Positions 26,556 through 38,498 are shown, counted from the first letter of the stretch. The stretch is DNA of 64,000 nt from an uncultured Gammaproteobacteria bacterium (GCA_964600845.1 CAZRJW010000002.1:9910-73909); one strand, 5' to 3'. A program made the numbers and translations. The notes: a model not told the origin generated them from the letters alone.

Positions 26556-28637
26556 ATGCCCCGTGAATATTCATTGAAAGATACCCGCAACTTCGGAATC
26601 ATCGCTCACATCGATGCAGGAAAGACTACTGTGTCTGAGCGTATTTTGTTTTATACAGGAAAGAAGCACAAAATTGGGGAAGTGCACGAAGGTGAAGCGA
26701 CGATGGACTGGATGGAGCAGGAGCAAGAGCGCGGAATTACGATTACGGCTGCTGCGACAACCTGTTACTGGAAAGGCTCGCGCATGAACTTGATCGACAC
26801 TCCAGGACACATCGACTTCACGATCGAAGTACAGCGCTCGCTTCGCGTACTTGATGGAGCTGTAACTGTGTTCGACGGTGTGGCTGGCGTAGAATCACAG
26901 TCCGAGACGGTGTGGCGTCAGGCGGACAAGCACAACGTGCCTCGTATTTGTTTCATCAACAAGCTCGACCGCATGGGGGCTAACTTCTACAACGACGTGA
27001 AATCGATTCACGATCGTTTGACGAAGAATGCACATCCAATTCAGCTGCCGATCGGTGCAGAAGAAAACTTCATCGGGATCATCGACCTCGTGCGTATGAA
27101 GGCCGAGATGTATAGCGATGAAATGGGTCAGAACATCGCCGAAGTTGAAATTCCAGAAGACATGATGGAGAAGGCGAAAGAGTATCGCGCAAAAATGATT
27201 GAAGCGATTTCTGAGACGGACGAAGACATGATGAATCGCTATCTCGCAGGTGAGGAGTTCACGGTTGAAGAGATCAAAGCTGGGATCCGCCGCGCAACAA
27301 TCGCGAACCAGATCAACCCAATTTTGTGTGGCTCAGCGTTGAAGAACAAGGGCGTACAGTTCTTGCTCGACGCGATCGTGGACTATCTCCCATGTCCATT
27401 AGACATCCCTCCGACAAAAGCAACAGAAGTTGATGACCTCGATGTCTCTTTGGCGATCACTCCACAAGACAGCGAACCATTCGCAGCCTTGGCCTTCAAA
27501 GTCATGGCCGATCCATTCGTCGGAAAACTGATTTTCTTCCGCGTCTACTCCGGAATGTTGTCTGCTGGATCTTATGTGATCAATGCACGTACAGGGGAGA
27601 AAGAACGTATTGGTCGCATCGTCCGCATGCACGCGAACGATCGTGAAGAAGTTTCAGAGGTTTTCTCTGGCGACATCGCCGCTGCTGTAGGATTGAAAGG
27701 AACGTTGACAGGGGACACGCTCTTCGACGAGAAGCGTCCATTGAAACTTGAATCGATCGTCATTCCAGAGCCAGTTATCTCGCTCGCGGTTGAACCAAAG
27801 ACAAAGGCTGACCAAGAGAAGATGGGTGTCGCGTTGCAGAAGTTGGGTGAAGAAGATCCTTCCTTCCGTGTACGTACCGACGAAGAAACGCTTCAGACCA
27901 TTATCAGCGGGATGGGTGAATTGCACCTTGAAATCATCGTTGATCGCATGAAGCGCGAATTCAAAGTGGATGCGACGGTTGGTAAGCCACAGGTTGCCTA
28001 CCGCGAAGCCTTGAAGGGGTCAGCAGAAGGAGAAGGAAAATATATTCGTCAGTCTGGTGGTCGTGGTCAGTACGGTCACTGTGTGATCACGGTTGAACCA
28101 AACGAGCGCGGCAAGGGCTACGAATTCGTTGATAGCATTAAGGGTGGTGTGATTCCTCGTGAATTCATCCAGCCAATCAACAAGGGTATTCAAGAGGCGA
28201 TGTTGCGTGGTGTGTTAGCTGGTTACCCAATGCTCGATGTGAAGATCACGTTGACTGATGGAAGCTACCACGATGTTGACTCGTCCGAAGCCTCTTTCAA
28301 AGTCGCTGGATCACTTGCCTTCCAGGATGGTTGTCGCAAGGGTGGTGTCGTCATTCTTGAGCCAGTCATGAAAGTCGAAGTTGTCACCCCAGAAGCGTTC
28401 ATGGGTGATGTCATCGGTGACTTGAATGCCAAGCGTGGACAGATCGAAGATGTGGCAGACCGTTCGAGCGTGAAGGTCATTCGCGCCTTGGTCCCACTCG
28501 CTGAAATGTTCGGCTACTCGACCTCGCTTCGCTCTATGACCCAGGGTCGCGCCAGCTCCACCATGGAATTCGGCCAGTACGAAGAAGTCCCAAACAACAT
28601 CTCGAAGATCATCATCGAAGGTCGCACCAAGAAATAA
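26556..28637 (+). CDS. fusA: elongation factor G
   Basis: [25 protein letters not shown]...DTPGHIDF...NKLDR. Start set at ATG 26556. Confidence 0.97.
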   Translation: MPREYSLKDTRNFGIIAHIDAGKTTVSERILFYTGKKHKIGEVHEGEATMDWMEQEQERGITITAAATTCYWKGSRMNLIDTPGHIDFTIEVQRSLRVLDGAVTVFDGVAGVESQSETVWRQADKHNVPRICFINKLDRMGANFYNDVKSIHDRLTKNAHPIQLPIGAEENFIGIIDLVRMKAEMYSDEMGQNIAEVEIPEDMMEKAKEYRAKMIEAISETDEDMMNRYLAGEEFTVEEIKAGIRRATIANQINPILCGSALKNKGVQFLLDAIVDYLPCPLDIPPTKATEVDDLDVSLAITPQDSEPFAALAFKVMADPFVGKLIFFRVYSGMLSAGSYVINARTGEKERIGRIVRMHANDREEVSEVFSGDIAAAVGLKGTLTGDTLFDEKRPLKLESIVIPEPVISLAVEPKTKADQEKMGVALQKLGEEDPSFRVRTDEETLQTIISGMGELHLEIIVDRMKREFKVDATVGKPQVAYREALKGSAEGEGKYIRQSGGRGQYGHCVITVEPNERGKGYEFVDSIKGGVIPREFIQPINKGIQEAMLRGVLAGYPMLDVKITLTDGSYHDVDSSEASFKVAGSLAFQDGCRKGGVVILEPVMKVEVVTPEAFMGDVIGDLNAKRGQIEDVADRSSVKVIRALVPLAEMFGYSTSLRSMTQGRASSTMEFGQYEEVPNNISKIIIEGRTKK

Positions 28638-28670
28638 GACGCACAGAACCGATCAATGGTTCGAACGAAG

Positions 28671-28706
28671 CCCAGCCTCTGGCAGTACGCCTCAGGCTGG
28701 GTTTTC
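28671..28706 (+). terminator. intrinsic terminator after fusA
   Basis: cccagcct...aggctggg followed by tttt. Confidence 0.5.
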
Positions 28707-28736
28707 GGTTCGTGACGGGTAGGGTAGGCTGCTGCC

Positions 28737-29210
28737 ATGGCTATACCTGCACTGACCCGGCTGTTCGAGCTTGTCCACCGTACCCGTCTACCTCTCATCG
28801 TTCAGTCTTCGGATGCAAGCGAACCCTGCGTTGTCCTTCCTTTGAGCGTCTACGAAAAGTTGGTGGGTGGAGCGCCCGAAATTTTGATAGGGGATGAAAG
28901 TCAGCCTCTCCCCGTCGCCGACCCTCAAGTATCGTTGGCGGACTTCATGACACCTGCTTCAAATCGCTCGTTCACGATGTCGAGTGGTACACTTGATCAT
29001 TCGGAGCTAGAATCTGGAAACAGCCTACGGCTTCAAGATTTACTTCAGGTCCAGGCTGAAATTCCCGTTAAATCGACAGTATCCGCAGTTCTTCCCCAGA
29101 TGGGTTCGGTGGAAGACCGCTTTGCTTTTGATGGGCTTGATGTAAGAATTTTGCCTAAAACAAGGCAAAAAATAGGTGGCATGCAGGACGCCCTTGACGG
29201 AAGTGGGTAG
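28737..29210 (+). CDS. hypothetical protein inserted between fusA and tuf
   Basis: 157-aa ORF. The N-terminal ~45 aa (LFELVHRTRLPLIVQSSDASEPCVVLPLSVYEKLV) are reminiscent of the Phd/YefM antitoxin fold; the rest looks disordered. No partner toxin ORF. Confidence 0.45.
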   Translation: MAIPALTRLFELVHRTRLPLIVQSSDASEPCVVLPLSVYEKLVGGAPEILIGDESQPLPVADPQVSLADFMTPASNRSFTMSSGTLDHSELESGNSLRLQDLLQVQAEIPVKSTVSAVLPQMGSVEDRFAFDGLDVRILPKTRQKIGGMQDALDGSG

Positions 29211-29214
29211 ACTC

Positions 29215-29243
29215 TTGCCTGAAATCAACACCTTTGTTATCAT
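29215..29243 (+). promoter_or_regulatory. candidate promoter for tuf (TTGCCT-17 nt-TATCAT)
   Basis: ttgcct 29215-20, 17-nt spacer, tatcat 29238-43. Confidence 0.3.
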
Positions 29244-29290
29244 CATGCCACTCATAATTACGTATTTTTAGTCTTATTTGACCTGCTCCT

Positions 29291-30481
<1,191 letters not shown>

Positions 30482-30489
30482 GCTAAACC

Positions 30490-30550
30490 GGGGAGGTTCC
30501 CCGCCTCGTAAAGAGCATCTCGCATGTTCTACGAGGTGGGGAACCTCCCC
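30490..30550 (+). other. 21-bp-stem hairpin between tuf and rpsJ, no U-run (RNA processing/stability or translational element)
   Basis: ggggaggttccccgcctcgta (30490-510) pairs with tacgaggtggggaacctcccc (30530-550), with one G.U. It ends 10 nt before the rpsJ ATG. Confidence 0.5.
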
Positions 30551-30560
30551 TCCATTGCAC

Positions 30561-30911
30561 ATGTCCGATATCAAGACAAAGGCAGCCCCAGTAGTGAAAA
30601 CAGCGGGAGCACAGCGCGTGCGGATTAAGATCCGTGCCTATGATCATAAGATCATTGACCAGGCGACTCGCATGATCATCGAAACGGCTGAACGGAATGG
30701 TGGGAAAGTGATCGGCCCGATCCCGTTGCCGACAGAAAAGAAGAAGTGGACCGTCAACCGTTCCACGTTCATCTACAAGGACGCTCGTGAGCAGTTTGAA
30801 ATGCGCATCCATAAGCGCATTGTCGACATCTTGGACCCAAATCCAAAGACGATCGATTCGCTCACCTCTCTCAACCTCCCAGCGGGTGTTGATGTAGAGA
30901 TCAAAATGTAA
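30561..30911 (+). CDS. rpsJ: 30S ribosomal protein S10
   Basis: [40 protein letters not shown]. Confidence 0.95.
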   Translation: MSDIKTKAAPVVKTAGAQRVRIKIRAYDHKIIDQATRMIIETAERNGGKVIGPIPLPTEKKKWTVNRSTFIYKDAREQFEMRIHKRIVDILDPNPKTIDSLTSLNLPAGVDVEIKM

Positions 30912-31046
30912 GAGTGAGTGGTTCCCAAGGAGAAAGTTGTCTGAAGGCTTACTTCAAAACGTGCTCGTTTAACGAGTACGTGACATAACCTCCCTGCAGT
31001 GAATCGTGAAGTTCCGAAACGTCGGTTCAGCCTACTCGAGGCTGAG

Positions 31047-31098
31047 ACCGGGAGTTTGGAGACAAACGATTGTCTGCAGACTCCCGGTTTTGTTTTTA
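31047..31098 (+). terminator. strong intrinsic-terminator-like hairpin inside the 213-nt rpsJ-rplC spacer
   Basis: accgggagt...actcccggt followed by ttttgttttt. Confidence 0.55.
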
Positions 31099-31124
31099 TC
31101 CATCCGCGACCAATCCGATCGCAT

Positions 31125-31730
31125 ATGAAATTCATCCTCGGTAAGAAACTCGAGATGTCGCAAATTTACGGAGCAGATGGAAATCTGATTCCCGTAACTT
31201 TAGTGCAGGCGGGTCCATGTGTTATCACGCAGGTTAAGACGAAAGAGACGGACGGCTACGAAGCAGTGCAGGTTGGATTTGGCACTTCCCGTACGCTGAC
31301 ACGTCCAGAGGCTGGTCACTTGAAAGATCTTCCTCAAGCTCCTCACTTGTGCGAATTCCGGTTGTCAGATGTCGCGTCCTTCAAGCGTGGTGACGCGATT
31401 GAGGCAGCGGTCTTCCAGCCAGGTGATAAGGTAAACGTTCGTGGGACATCGAAGGGTAAGGGCTTTCAGGGTGTGGTGCGTCGTCATCACTTCCATGGTC
31501 ACCCAACGAGTCACGGTCACAAGGACCAAGAGCGTATGCCAGGTTCTATCGGTGCCGGTGGTGTTCAGCACGTGTTGAAAGGCCGCCGTATGGCCGGTCA
31601 CATGGGCGACGAATCGGTCATGGTGAAGAACTTAGTTGTCGTCGAAGTGCGTGAAGGGGGAATCCTTGCTCTGAAAGGAGCCGTTCCAGGAGCCCGTCAT
31701 TCTTTGATTGAAATCGTTTCCGCTTCCTAA
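31125..31730 (+). CDS. rplC: 50S ribosomal protein L3
   Basis: [32 protein letters not shown]...[14 protein letters not shown]. Confidence 0.95.
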   Translation: MKFILGKKLEMSQIYGADGNLIPVTLVQAGPCVITQVKTKETDGYEAVQVGFGTSRTLTRPEAGHLKDLPQAPHLCEFRLSDVASFKRGDAIEAAVFQPGDKVNVRGTSKGKGFQGVVRRHHFHGHPTSHGHKDQERMPGSIGAGGVQHVLKGRRMAGHMGDESVMVKNLVVVEVREGGILALKGAVPGARHSLIEIVSAS

Positions 31731-31732
31731 AT

Positions 31733-32359
31733 ATGGCTAAGACATCGATCTACAACTACCAGGGTCAATCAGTCGGCCAGATGGAACTTCCGGACCGTCT
31801 GTTCGCTGTGACTCCAGATCCAGCTCTCGTGCACGAAGCCGTGATTGCTCAGCGCGCCAATGCACGTCATGCAATTGCTGCAACGCAAACCAAGGGAATG
31901 GTGCACGGAGGTGGAAAGAAGCCATGGAAGCAAAAGGGAACTGGTCGCGCCCGTCAGGGATCGATTCGTTCTCCTCAGTGGAAGGGTGGAGGCGTCGTGT
32001 TCGGTCCAAGTTCCGAACGCAACTTCTCGCTCAAGATGAACCGCAAAGCGAAGCGCAAGGCCTTGTCGATGGTCCTCACCGACAAACTTATGCGTGAAAA
32101 ACTCATTGTGCTCGAGACGATCATGAAAGAGCCAGTGAAGACCAAGACGTTCCTCGCGATGATGCAGAAGCTTCCTGTGGATCGCACAACGCTCATGGTG
32201 CTTGGTGGCTCGGATCCAGTCGCAGTTCGCATGGCTCGCAACCTTCCATCCGTGAAGGTCGTGACCGTCAACAGTTTGAACATGCTCGATCTCTTGACCT
32301 ACCGTTCCGTAGTCTTTTTGAAAGACGCTATTTCGGCGTTGGAACAGATCTACGCCTAA
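31733..32359 (+). CDS. rplD: 50S ribosomal protein L4
   Basis: GGGKKPWKQKGTGRARQGSIRSPQWKGGGVVFGP. Confidence 0.95.
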   Translation: MAKTSIYNYQGQSVGQMELPDRLFAVTPDPALVHEAVIAQRANARHAIAATQTKGMVHGGGKKPWKQKGTGRARQGSIRSPQWKGGGVVFGPSSERNFSLKMNRKAKRKALSMVLTDKLMREKLIVLETIMKEPVKTKTFLAMMQKLPVDRTTLMVLGGSDPVAVRMARNLPSVKVVTVNSLNMLDLLTYRSVVFLKDAISALEQIYA

Positions 32360-32368
32360 TATTCTCCT

Positions 32369-32785
32369 ATGGGAATTATTGACCGCATCCGCAAGCAGCC
32401 GGCTGACAAAGCCACGAAGGACGCTGCTGCTCCAAAGACAAAGAAGACGGCAAAGAAGCCAGAGGCTGATTTGTCCGTCAAAGCTCCTACAACCGTCCTT
32501 CCTTCTTGGATGTACTCCGTTGTTGGCGCGCCTCGCGTAAGCGAAAAGGCTTCCCGTTTAGTAACGGAAACCAACACCTACACCTTTAATGTGCCAATCG
32601 CTGCTGAAAAGGTTGCGATCCGCAAAGCGATTGAAGCTCGTTACGGCGTGAAGGTGGTCGCTGTACGCACGATTCGTGGCGCTGGAAAAGTCGTCCGCCG
32701 TGGACGCATTGAAGGTCGCCGCAATGCCTGGAAGAAGGCTTTGGTTGAGCTTAAACCAGGATCATCGATTGATCTCTCCGCGTAA
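32369..32785 (+). CDS. rplW: 50S ribosomal protein L23 with ~45-aa Lys/Ala-rich N-terminal extension
   Basis: Core VVGAPRVSEKASRLVTETNTYTFNV...AVRTIRGAGK, preceded by KQPADKATKDAAAPKTKKTAKKPEA. Confidence 0.9.
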   Translation: MGIIDRIRKQPADKATKDAAAPKTKKTAKKPEADLSVKAPTTVLPSWMYSVVGAPRVSEKASRLVTETNTYTFNVPIAAEKVAIRKAIEARYGVKVVAVRTIRGAGKVVRRGRIEGRRNAWKKALVELKPGSSIDLSA

Positions 32786-32790
32786 TTGTT

Positions 32791-33630
32791 ATGCCTATTA
32801 AGCAATACAAGCCTGTTACCAAAGGCCGCCGTTTCTCCTCGGTTCAGGATTTCTCCGACATCACGACCAACGAGCCAGAGAAAACGCTTATCTCGTTCCG
32901 CAAGAGCCGAGCAGGTCGTTCGAATGGAAAGATCACCGTTCGTCACCAGGGTGGTGGCAACAAGCGTTATACGCGTGAAATTGACTTCGTCCGTTCTCGC
33001 TACGACATCCCAGCGAAAATCGTTTCGATTGAATACGATCCAAGCCGTGGTGCCCGTATCGGTCTCGTGAACTACGCCGATGGTGTGAAGAGCTATATCC
33101 TTCTTCCATTCGGTTCAAAGGTAGGGGACACTATTGTGTCTTCGCGCACAGAAGCTGAAATCACGGTTGGAAACCGTTTGCCACTTGAAAAGATCCCTGT
33201 CGGTACGCAGGTCCACGGAGTTGAATTGAATCCAGAGCAGGGCGCAAAAATCGCTCGTGCTGCGGGAACATTGATCAGCTTCATGGCGATTGAAGGCGAC
33301 ACAGCTATTTTGAAGATGCCATCCGGCGAAGTCCGCAAGGTTCCAAAATCTTGCTCGGCAACCATCGGAACAGTTTCGAACCCAGACTGGCACTTGGTGC
33401 GCTGGGGAAAAGCTGGTCGTATGCGTCATCGTGGGATCAAGCCTACCGTCCGCGGTAAGGTGATGAACCCGGTCGATCACCCACACGGTGGTGGTGAAGG
33501 TAAGCATCCAATCGGTATGAAGTACGCCAAGACGAAGTGGGGTAAGCATGCGCTTGGTGTGAAAACACGTCGCACGCACCGCTCCTCTGATCGCCATATT
33601 CTTACCCGTCGTCGCGGGAATACGCTCTAA
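32791..33630 (+). CDS. rplB: 50S ribosomal protein L2
   Basis: RHQGGGNKRYTREIDF...MNPVDHPHGGGEGK. Confidence 0.97.
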   Translation: MPIKQYKPVTKGRRFSSVQDFSDITTNEPEKTLISFRKSRAGRSNGKITVRHQGGGNKRYTREIDFVRSRYDIPAKIVSIEYDPSRGARIGLVNYADGVKSYILLPFGSKVGDTIVSSRTEAEITVGNRLPLEKIPVGTQVHGVELNPEQGAKIARAAGTLISFMAIEGDTAILKMPSGEVRKVPKSCSATIGTVSNPDWHLVRWGKAGRMRHRGIKPTVRGKVMNPVDHPHGGGEGKHPIGMKYAKTKWGKHALGVKTRRTHRSSDRHILTRRRGNTL

Positions 33631-33636
33631 CCTCCT

Positions 33637-33948
33637 ATGTCACGTAGTCTTAAAAAAGGTGCTTTCACCGATGCCAAGCTTCTTGCAAAGGTCATCGCTC
33701 AGAAGGCTGGGGATAAAACCCCCATCAAGACGTGGTCTCGTGCTTCGACGATCACTCCTGAGATGGTCGGTAAAACAATGGCAGTCCACAATGGCAAGAT
33801 GCACATTGCGGTTGTTATCGTTGAGAACATGGTTGGACACAAGCTTGGAGAGTTCTCTCCAACGCGTAAGTTCGTTCGTCATGGTGGTAAATTAGCTAAG
33901 TCGGATGCTCCAGCGGCCAAGCCAGCTGCAGCTCCAGCTAAGAAATAA
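33637..33948 (+). CDS. rpsS: 30S ribosomal protein S19
   Basis: [12 protein letters not shown]...[30 protein letters not shown]. Confidence 0.95.
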   Translation: MSRSLKKGAFTDAKLLAKVIAQKAGDKTPIKTWSRASTITPEMVGKTMAVHNGKMHIAVVIVENMVGHKLGEFSPTRKFVRHGGKLAKSDAPAAKPAAAPAKK

Positions 33949-33951
33949 TCT

Positions 33952-34377
33952 ATGGACGTTCACGCATTTCTCCGTTCCCTCCGTATCTCACCCCGCAAAG
34001 TGCGTTTGGTGATCGATGCGGTTCGTGGAAAGTCTGTGAAAGACGCGGATATCCGTTTGTCTCTCATGAACAAGGGTGCTGCCTTGCCAGTGCTCAAGCT
34101 TTTGCGTTCCGCGATTGCAAACGCAGAACACAACTTCAAGATGGAATCGAGCTCGTTGTACATCAAGTCGATTACAGCGGACGGCGGACCAACATTGAAG
34201 CGCTCGCGCCCTCGCGCCTTTGGTCGAGCAGCGCCGATTCGCAAGCGAACCACGCATCTTTCGATTGTGTTGGCTGATCGTGCCGAACTTGCGGACAAGA
34301 AGAGCGCAAAGAGCAAGAAGGTTGAGAAAGTTGAAAAGACTGTCAGCCCTAAGAAGTCCTCTTCTTTGAAGGCCTAA
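33952..34377 (+). CDS. rplV: 50S ribosomal protein L22
   Basis: LRISPRKVRLVIDAVRGKSV...GPTLKRSRPRAFGRA. Confidence 0.95.
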   Translation: MDVHAFLRSLRISPRKVRLVIDAVRGKSVKDADIRLSLMNKGAALPVLKLLRSAIANAEHNFKMESSSLYIKSITADGGPTLKRSRPRAFGRAAPIRKRTTHLSIVLADRAELADKKSAKSKKVEKVEKTVSPKKSSSLKA

Positions 34378-34382
34378 CCTCT

Positions 34383-35201
34383 ATGGCACACAAAGTTCAT
34401 CCATTCGTTTTCCGTCTCGGAACCACGACCCAGTGGCCATCCCGTTGGTTTGCGCGCAAAGAAGTATTTAGCACGCACTTGCAACAGGATCACGACATTC
34501 GTTCGTACTTCGTTACGCAGTTGAAAGACGCCGCCTTGAACCGTGTCGATATTGAGCGTTCACGCGGAAATATCACGGTCACTCTTCACACGGCTAAGCC
34601 AGGTGTAGTGATCGGACGTTCAGGCGCAGGGATTGAAGAGCTTCGCAAGAAGGCGACCAAGCGCTTCTTCCCAATGCAGCGCGGAAAGATGCTCTTCACC
34701 ATTGCTGTGCAAGAAGTTGCACGTCCAGGGATTGAAGCGCAGCTCGTCGCGCAAGGAGTTGTCCAAGATCTCGAACGCCGCATGGCTTTCCGCCGTGTGT
34801 TGAAGATGACACTTGAACGTATCCGCAAGGCGGGTGCGCTCGGTGCGCGTGTCGCGGTCGCTGGACGTTTGAACGGCGCAGAAATTGCCCGTACAGAAAA
34901 ACTCGGTTGGGGAAAAATCCCTCTGACAAACTTGCGCGCAGATATTGACTACGCGTCCACGACAGCTCGTACGATCGCAGGAGCGATTGGGGTAAAGGTC
35001 TGGATTTACCGCGGAGATATCTTTGCTCAGGACCGTTTGTCTCAGTATCAGCCAAACACGCCTGCGCGTGGAGGTCGCTCGGATCGTTCCGGTGATCGCC
35101 GCGACGGAGGTGCGCGTCGCCCAATGGGAGGCCCACGTTCCATGCCAGCTCAAGCTCCAGCGCCAGCCGTTGAATCCACTGAAGCGCCAGCAGCGGCTTA
35201 A
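34383..35201 (+). CDS. rpsC: 30S ribosomal protein S3 with RGG/Ala-Pro-rich C-terminal tail
   Basis: MAHKVHPFVFRLGTTTQW...KH domain...tail ARGGRSDRSGDRRDGGARRPMGGPRS. Confidence 0.95.
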   Translation: MAHKVHPFVFRLGTTTQWPSRWFARKEVFSTHLQQDHDIRSYFVTQLKDAALNRVDIERSRGNITVTLHTAKPGVVIGRSGAGIEELRKKATKRFFPMQRGKMLFTIAVQEVARPGIEAQLVAQGVVQDLERRMAFRRVLKMTLERIRKAGALGARVAVAGRLNGAEIARTEKLGWGKIPLTNLRADIDYASTTARTIAGAIGVKVWIYRGDIFAQDRLSQYQPNTPARGGRSDRSGDRRDGGARRPMGGPRSMPAQAPAPAVESTEAPAAA

Positions 35202-35216
35202 TCGAACCCACGCATT

Positions 35217-35627
35217 ATGTTAATTCCAAGCAAAGTTAAGCACCGCAAGTGGCACAAAGGACGTGCGCGTAATATCCGCACGGCTTCCGATAAGATCGGT
35301 ATCGCCTTTGGATCACATGGTTTGAAAGCGATCACCCCATCCTGGGTCTCGAGCCAGCAGATCGAAGCGGCTCGTCGTGTTCTCACGCGCTACATCAAAA
35401 AGGGAGGCAAAGTCTGGATCCGTATCTTCCCAGATCACCCTGTCACAAAGAAGGGAAACGAAGTTCCGATGGGATCCGGTAAAGGAGCGGTTGACCACTA
35501 CGTGGCCGTCGTTCGCCCAGGAACAGTGCTCTTCGAGATGGATGGTGTTACTCCTGAAGCAGCGAAAGAGGCTCTGGAAAGTGCTGCGTTTAAACTCTCG
35601 AGTGTCTGTAAGTACATCGCGAAATAA
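35217..35627 (+). CDS. rplP: 50S ribosomal protein L16
   Basis: MLIPSKVKHRKWHKGRARN...IEAARRVLTRYIKKGGKVWIRIFPD. Confidence 0.95.
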   Translation: MLIPSKVKHRKWHKGRARNIRTASDKIGIAFGSHGLKAITPSWVSSQQIEAARRVLTRYIKKGGKVWIRIFPDHPVTKKGNEVPMGSGKGAVDHYVAVVRPGTVLFEMDGVTPEAAKEALESAAFKLSSVCKYIAK

Positions 35628-35629
35628 GT

Positions 35630-35830
35630 ATGGACATGAAAGAACTCCTCACCCAGACGACCGAAGAACTCTCGCGCATGCTCGGAGAAGCGGAGCGTGA
35701 CGAGCAGGCCCTTCGTCGGAAGCTCGCCTTGCGCACGTATGCCAAGACAGCGGAATCGACAACGATTCGTCGGCAGGTCGCCCGTTTAAAAACGGTGATT
35801 GCCCAACAGAAGCGTTCCACTACCGTATGA
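35630..35830 (+). CDS. rpmC: 50S ribosomal protein L29
   Basis: 66-aa helical protein between rplP and rpsQ. Confidence 0.85.
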   Translation: MDMKELLTQTTEELSRMLGEAERDEQALRRKLALRTYAKTAESTTIRRQVARLKTVIAQQKRSTTV

Positions 35831-36096
35831 TGACCACTCCTCCAACCACCACTCCTCACCGCCGTCTGCAGGGAGTCGTTGTATCCAACAAGATGCAAGC
35901 GACAACTGTTGTGCGTGTGGACCGTCGTGTCGCTCACCCGAAATACGGAAAGTATTTTACGGTCTCGAAGCGTTTCAAGATTCACTCCCCAGGAGTGACG
36001 CTCGATCTCGGAGATATCGTTCAGTTCGAAGAGTGCCGACCTATTAGCCGCGACAAGCGCTGGCGCTATATTGCAACCTTGAAGAAGGTTGCGTAA
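35827..36096 (+). CDS. rpsQ: 30S ribosomal protein S17
   Basis: [36 protein letters not shown] overlap with rpmC. Confidence 0.93.
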   Translation: MMTTPPTTTPHRRLQGVVVSNKMQATTVVRVDRRVAHPKYGKYFTVSKRFKIHSPGVTLDLGDIVQFEECRPISRDKRWRYIATLKKVA

Positions 36097-36103
36097 TCCC
36101 TTT

Positions 36104-36475
36104 ATGATTCAACACCGATCGATGATCGCCGTCGCGGATAACACCGGAGCAAAGTTGCTTCAGTGTATCGGCGTACAGGGCGGCTACAAGATGCGCTATG
36201 CGGGTCTTGGAGACGTGGTGACCTGCGTCGTGAAGGAAGCAGCCCCACGCGGTATGGTAAAGAAGTCCGATATCGTTCACGCCGTGCTCGTACGTATCCG
36301 CAAGGAAACACGCCGACCAGACGGAACGTATATCCGTTTTGATGAAAATGCAGCGGCGATTATTGACCCGAAATCTCTTGATCCAAAAGGCACACGTATC
36401 TTCGGCCCAGTTGCACGCGAATTGCGTGGACGTGGCTTCTCGAAGATCGTGTCCTTAGCTCCAGAAGTGCTCTAA
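36104..36475 (+). CDS. rplN: 50S ribosomal protein L14
   Basis: [24 protein letters not shown]. Confidence 0.95.
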   Translation: MIQHRSMIAVADNTGAKLLQCIGVQGGYKMRYAGLGDVVTCVVKEAAPRGMVKKSDIVHAVLVRIRKETRRPDGTYIRFDENAAAIIDPKSLDPKGTRIFGPVARELRGRGFSKIVSLAPEVL

Positions 36476-36477
36476 CT

Positions 36478-36786
36478 ATGGCGACTCATCCAGTAAAGAC
36501 CGGCGACACTATCGAAGTGATCGCGGGAAAAGATCGTGGGAAAACTGGGAAAGTGCTGCAAGTGTTTCCTCGCTTGGCGCGCGTTTCCGTACAGGGGATT
36601 AACCTCATGAAGCGTCACATGCGCAGCCGACGCTCAGGAGACAAAGGACAGATCGTCCAGTTCCCAATGCCCATCCATCTTTCAAACGTTCGTGTAAGCT
36701 CCGCAACGGAAAGCGCTTCTGAAACAGCTCCGGAGAAAGAAGCTCCTGCTAAAAAGAAAGCGACGACGCGTAAGACGAAGACCTAA
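36478..36786 (+). CDS. rplX: 50S ribosomal protein L24
   Basis: KTGDTIEVIAGKDRGKTGKVLQV (KOW). Confidence 0.93.
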   Translation: MATHPVKTGDTIEVIAGKDRGKTGKVLQVFPRLARVSVQGINLMKRHMRSRRSGDKGQIVQFPMPIHLSNVRVSSATESASETAPEKEAPAKKKATTRKTKT

Positions 36787-36789
36787 CCT

Positions 36790-37329
36790 ATGACCACCCT
36801 TAAGGAACAATATCAGGCCCAAGTCGTTCCGGCCCTCCGTGAACAATTTGGCATCAAGAACGCCATGGCCCTTCCGAAAGTCACGAAGGTCGTGGTTTCT
36901 GTTGGCTTGTCACAGGCGATCAAGGACCCAAAGGTAATGGAAATGGTTGAACAGACACTCACGCGCATTACGGGTCAAAAGCCAGTGCGCACTAAGGCGA
37001 AGAAGTCCATCGCCAGTTTCAAAATTCGTGAAGGAATGATTGTTGGAATGATGGTGACACTTCGTGGTCCACGCATGTGGGACTTCCTGACGAAGTTGAC
37101 GCGCATCACCTTCCCTCGTATTCGTGACTTCCGTGGGATCAGTGCTAAATCCATCGATGCGCAAGGAAATGCCTCGATCGGGTTCCGCGAGAACTTGGCG
37201 TTCCCTGAAATCCGCCCAGACGAAATCGAGCGTACTCATGGTCTTCAGATCACGATTACGACAACCGCCGGAGCCAAAGACCGCGGTCTCGCGCTTCTTA
37301 AAGGGCTTGGCTTTCCTTTCCAGAACTAA
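36790..37329 (+). CDS. rplE: 50S ribosomal protein L5
   Basis: LKEQYQAQVVPALREQFGIKN...FRGISAKSIDAQGNASIGFRE. Confidence 0.95.
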   Translation: MTTLKEQYQAQVVPALREQFGIKNAMALPKVTKVVVSVGLSQAIKDPKVMEMVEQTLTRITGQKPVRTKAKKSIASFKIREGMIVGMMVTLRGPRMWDFLTKLTRITFPRIRDFRGISAKSIDAQGNASIGFRENLAFPEIRPDEIERTHGLQITITTTAGAKDRGLALLKGLGFPFQN

Positions 37330-37341
37330 TCCAACGATCCT

Positions 37342-37527
37342 ATGGCTACTGAAGCTCAAATTGCCAAGTCCCGTCGCAAGCCGAAGTTTTCTTCGCGCCT
37401 TGTTCGACGCTGCTGGCGCTGCGGCCGCACCCACGGATTCATGCGCATCTTCGGACTCTGTCGTATCTGCTTCCGCGAGATGGCGAACCGCGGTGAAGTC
37501 CCAGGTGTGACCAAATCCAGCTGGTAA
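37342..37527 (+). CDS. rpsZ: 30S ribosomal protein S14, zinc-binding short type (type Z)
   Basis: 61 aa with [23 protein letters not shown] (CxxC...CxxC). Confidence 0.93.
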   Translation: MATEAQIAKSRRKPKFSSRLVRRCWRCGRTHGFMRIFGLCRICFREMANRGEVPGVTKSSW

Positions 37528-37538
37528 TATCCTACGTT

Positions 37539-37931
37539 ATGTCTACTGACCCGATTAGCGATTTCCTCACCCGTATCCGCAACGCACATCTCGTGCGTCA
37601 CGACGTGGTGACTGCTCCAAGTTCTCGCATCAAGCGAGCGATTGCCGATATCCTTCAGCGTGAAGGCTATATCGAATCTGTTGAAGAAAAGTCTGAAGGT
37701 GCGAAGCGTACGATCTCCGTTCGCTTAAAGTATGTCGGAAAGCTGCCAGCGATTCACCAGCTCACGCGTATTTCGAAGCCTGGCCGCCGCGTGTATCGCA
37801 AGAACGATGAACTTCCTCGCGTCCTGTCTGGACAGGGGATGGCGATCATCTCCACTTCCGTTGGTCTCATGACGGATCGTGAAGCGCGTGCTCGTAAGCT
37901 GGGGGGAGAAATCTTGTGTGAAATTTCCTAA
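37539..37931 (+). CDS. rpsH: 30S ribosomal protein S8
   Basis: MSTDPISDFLTRIRNA. Confidence 0.95.
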   Translation: MSTDPISDFLTRIRNAHLVRHDVVTAPSSRIKRAIADILQREGYIESVEEKSEGAKRTISVRLKYVGKLPAIHQLTRISKPGRRVYRKNDELPRVLSGQGMAIISTSVGLMTDREARARKLGGEILCEIS

Positions 37932-37940
37932 CCTCCGCTT

Positions 37941-38492
37941 ATGTCACGTATTGGAAAAAAACCAGTCCTCCTCCCTGCCGGCGTCGATGCCACCATCGAA
38001 GCAAAGCAGGTGACGATCAAAGGACCGAAAGGGACGCTGCACGTTGGTCTTCCAGCGGCGGCTAAGATTGAGATGCAAGCCGATCCTCGTGCGTTGCTTG
38101 TGACGGTTGCCCGTCCAGAGCACGTCGATGACCGCGCCATCTGGGGTCTTGTTCGTCAATTGCTCTCGAACGCCGTAGACGGTGTTCAGAAGCCATTCGA
38201 AAAGGCACTCGAATTCGTCGGGGTTGGATTCAAGGTCGCGCTCGAAGGCCGCAAGCTCATGATGGATCTTGGGTTCTCGCACCGCGTTCCCTTTGAGCTC
38301 CCAGAAGGAATCGATGGTAAAGTCGAGAAGCAGATTTTGACGCTCTCCGGCATCGACAAAGCCCTTGTTGGAGAAACAGCTGCTCGCATTCGTCGCAATC
38401 GTCCACCAGAGCCTTATAAGGGCAAAGGTGTGAAGTATGTTGATGAAGTAATTCGTCGCAAGGCTGGTAAGACAGCTAAGTCTGCTGGCTAA
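37941..38492 (+). CDS. rplF: 50S ribosomal protein L6
   Basis: MSRIGKKPVLLPAGVD...VGVGFKV. Confidence 0.95.
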   Translation: MSRIGKKPVLLPAGVDATIEAKQVTIKGPKGTLHVGLPAAAKIEMQADPRALLVTVARPEHVDDRAIWGLVRQLLSNAVDGVQKPFEKALEFVGVGFKVALEGRKLMMDLGFSHRVPFELPEGIDGKVEKQILTLSGIDKALVGETAARIRRNRPPEPYKGKGVKYVDEVIRRKAGKTAKSAG

Positions 38493-38498
38493 CCCCTT

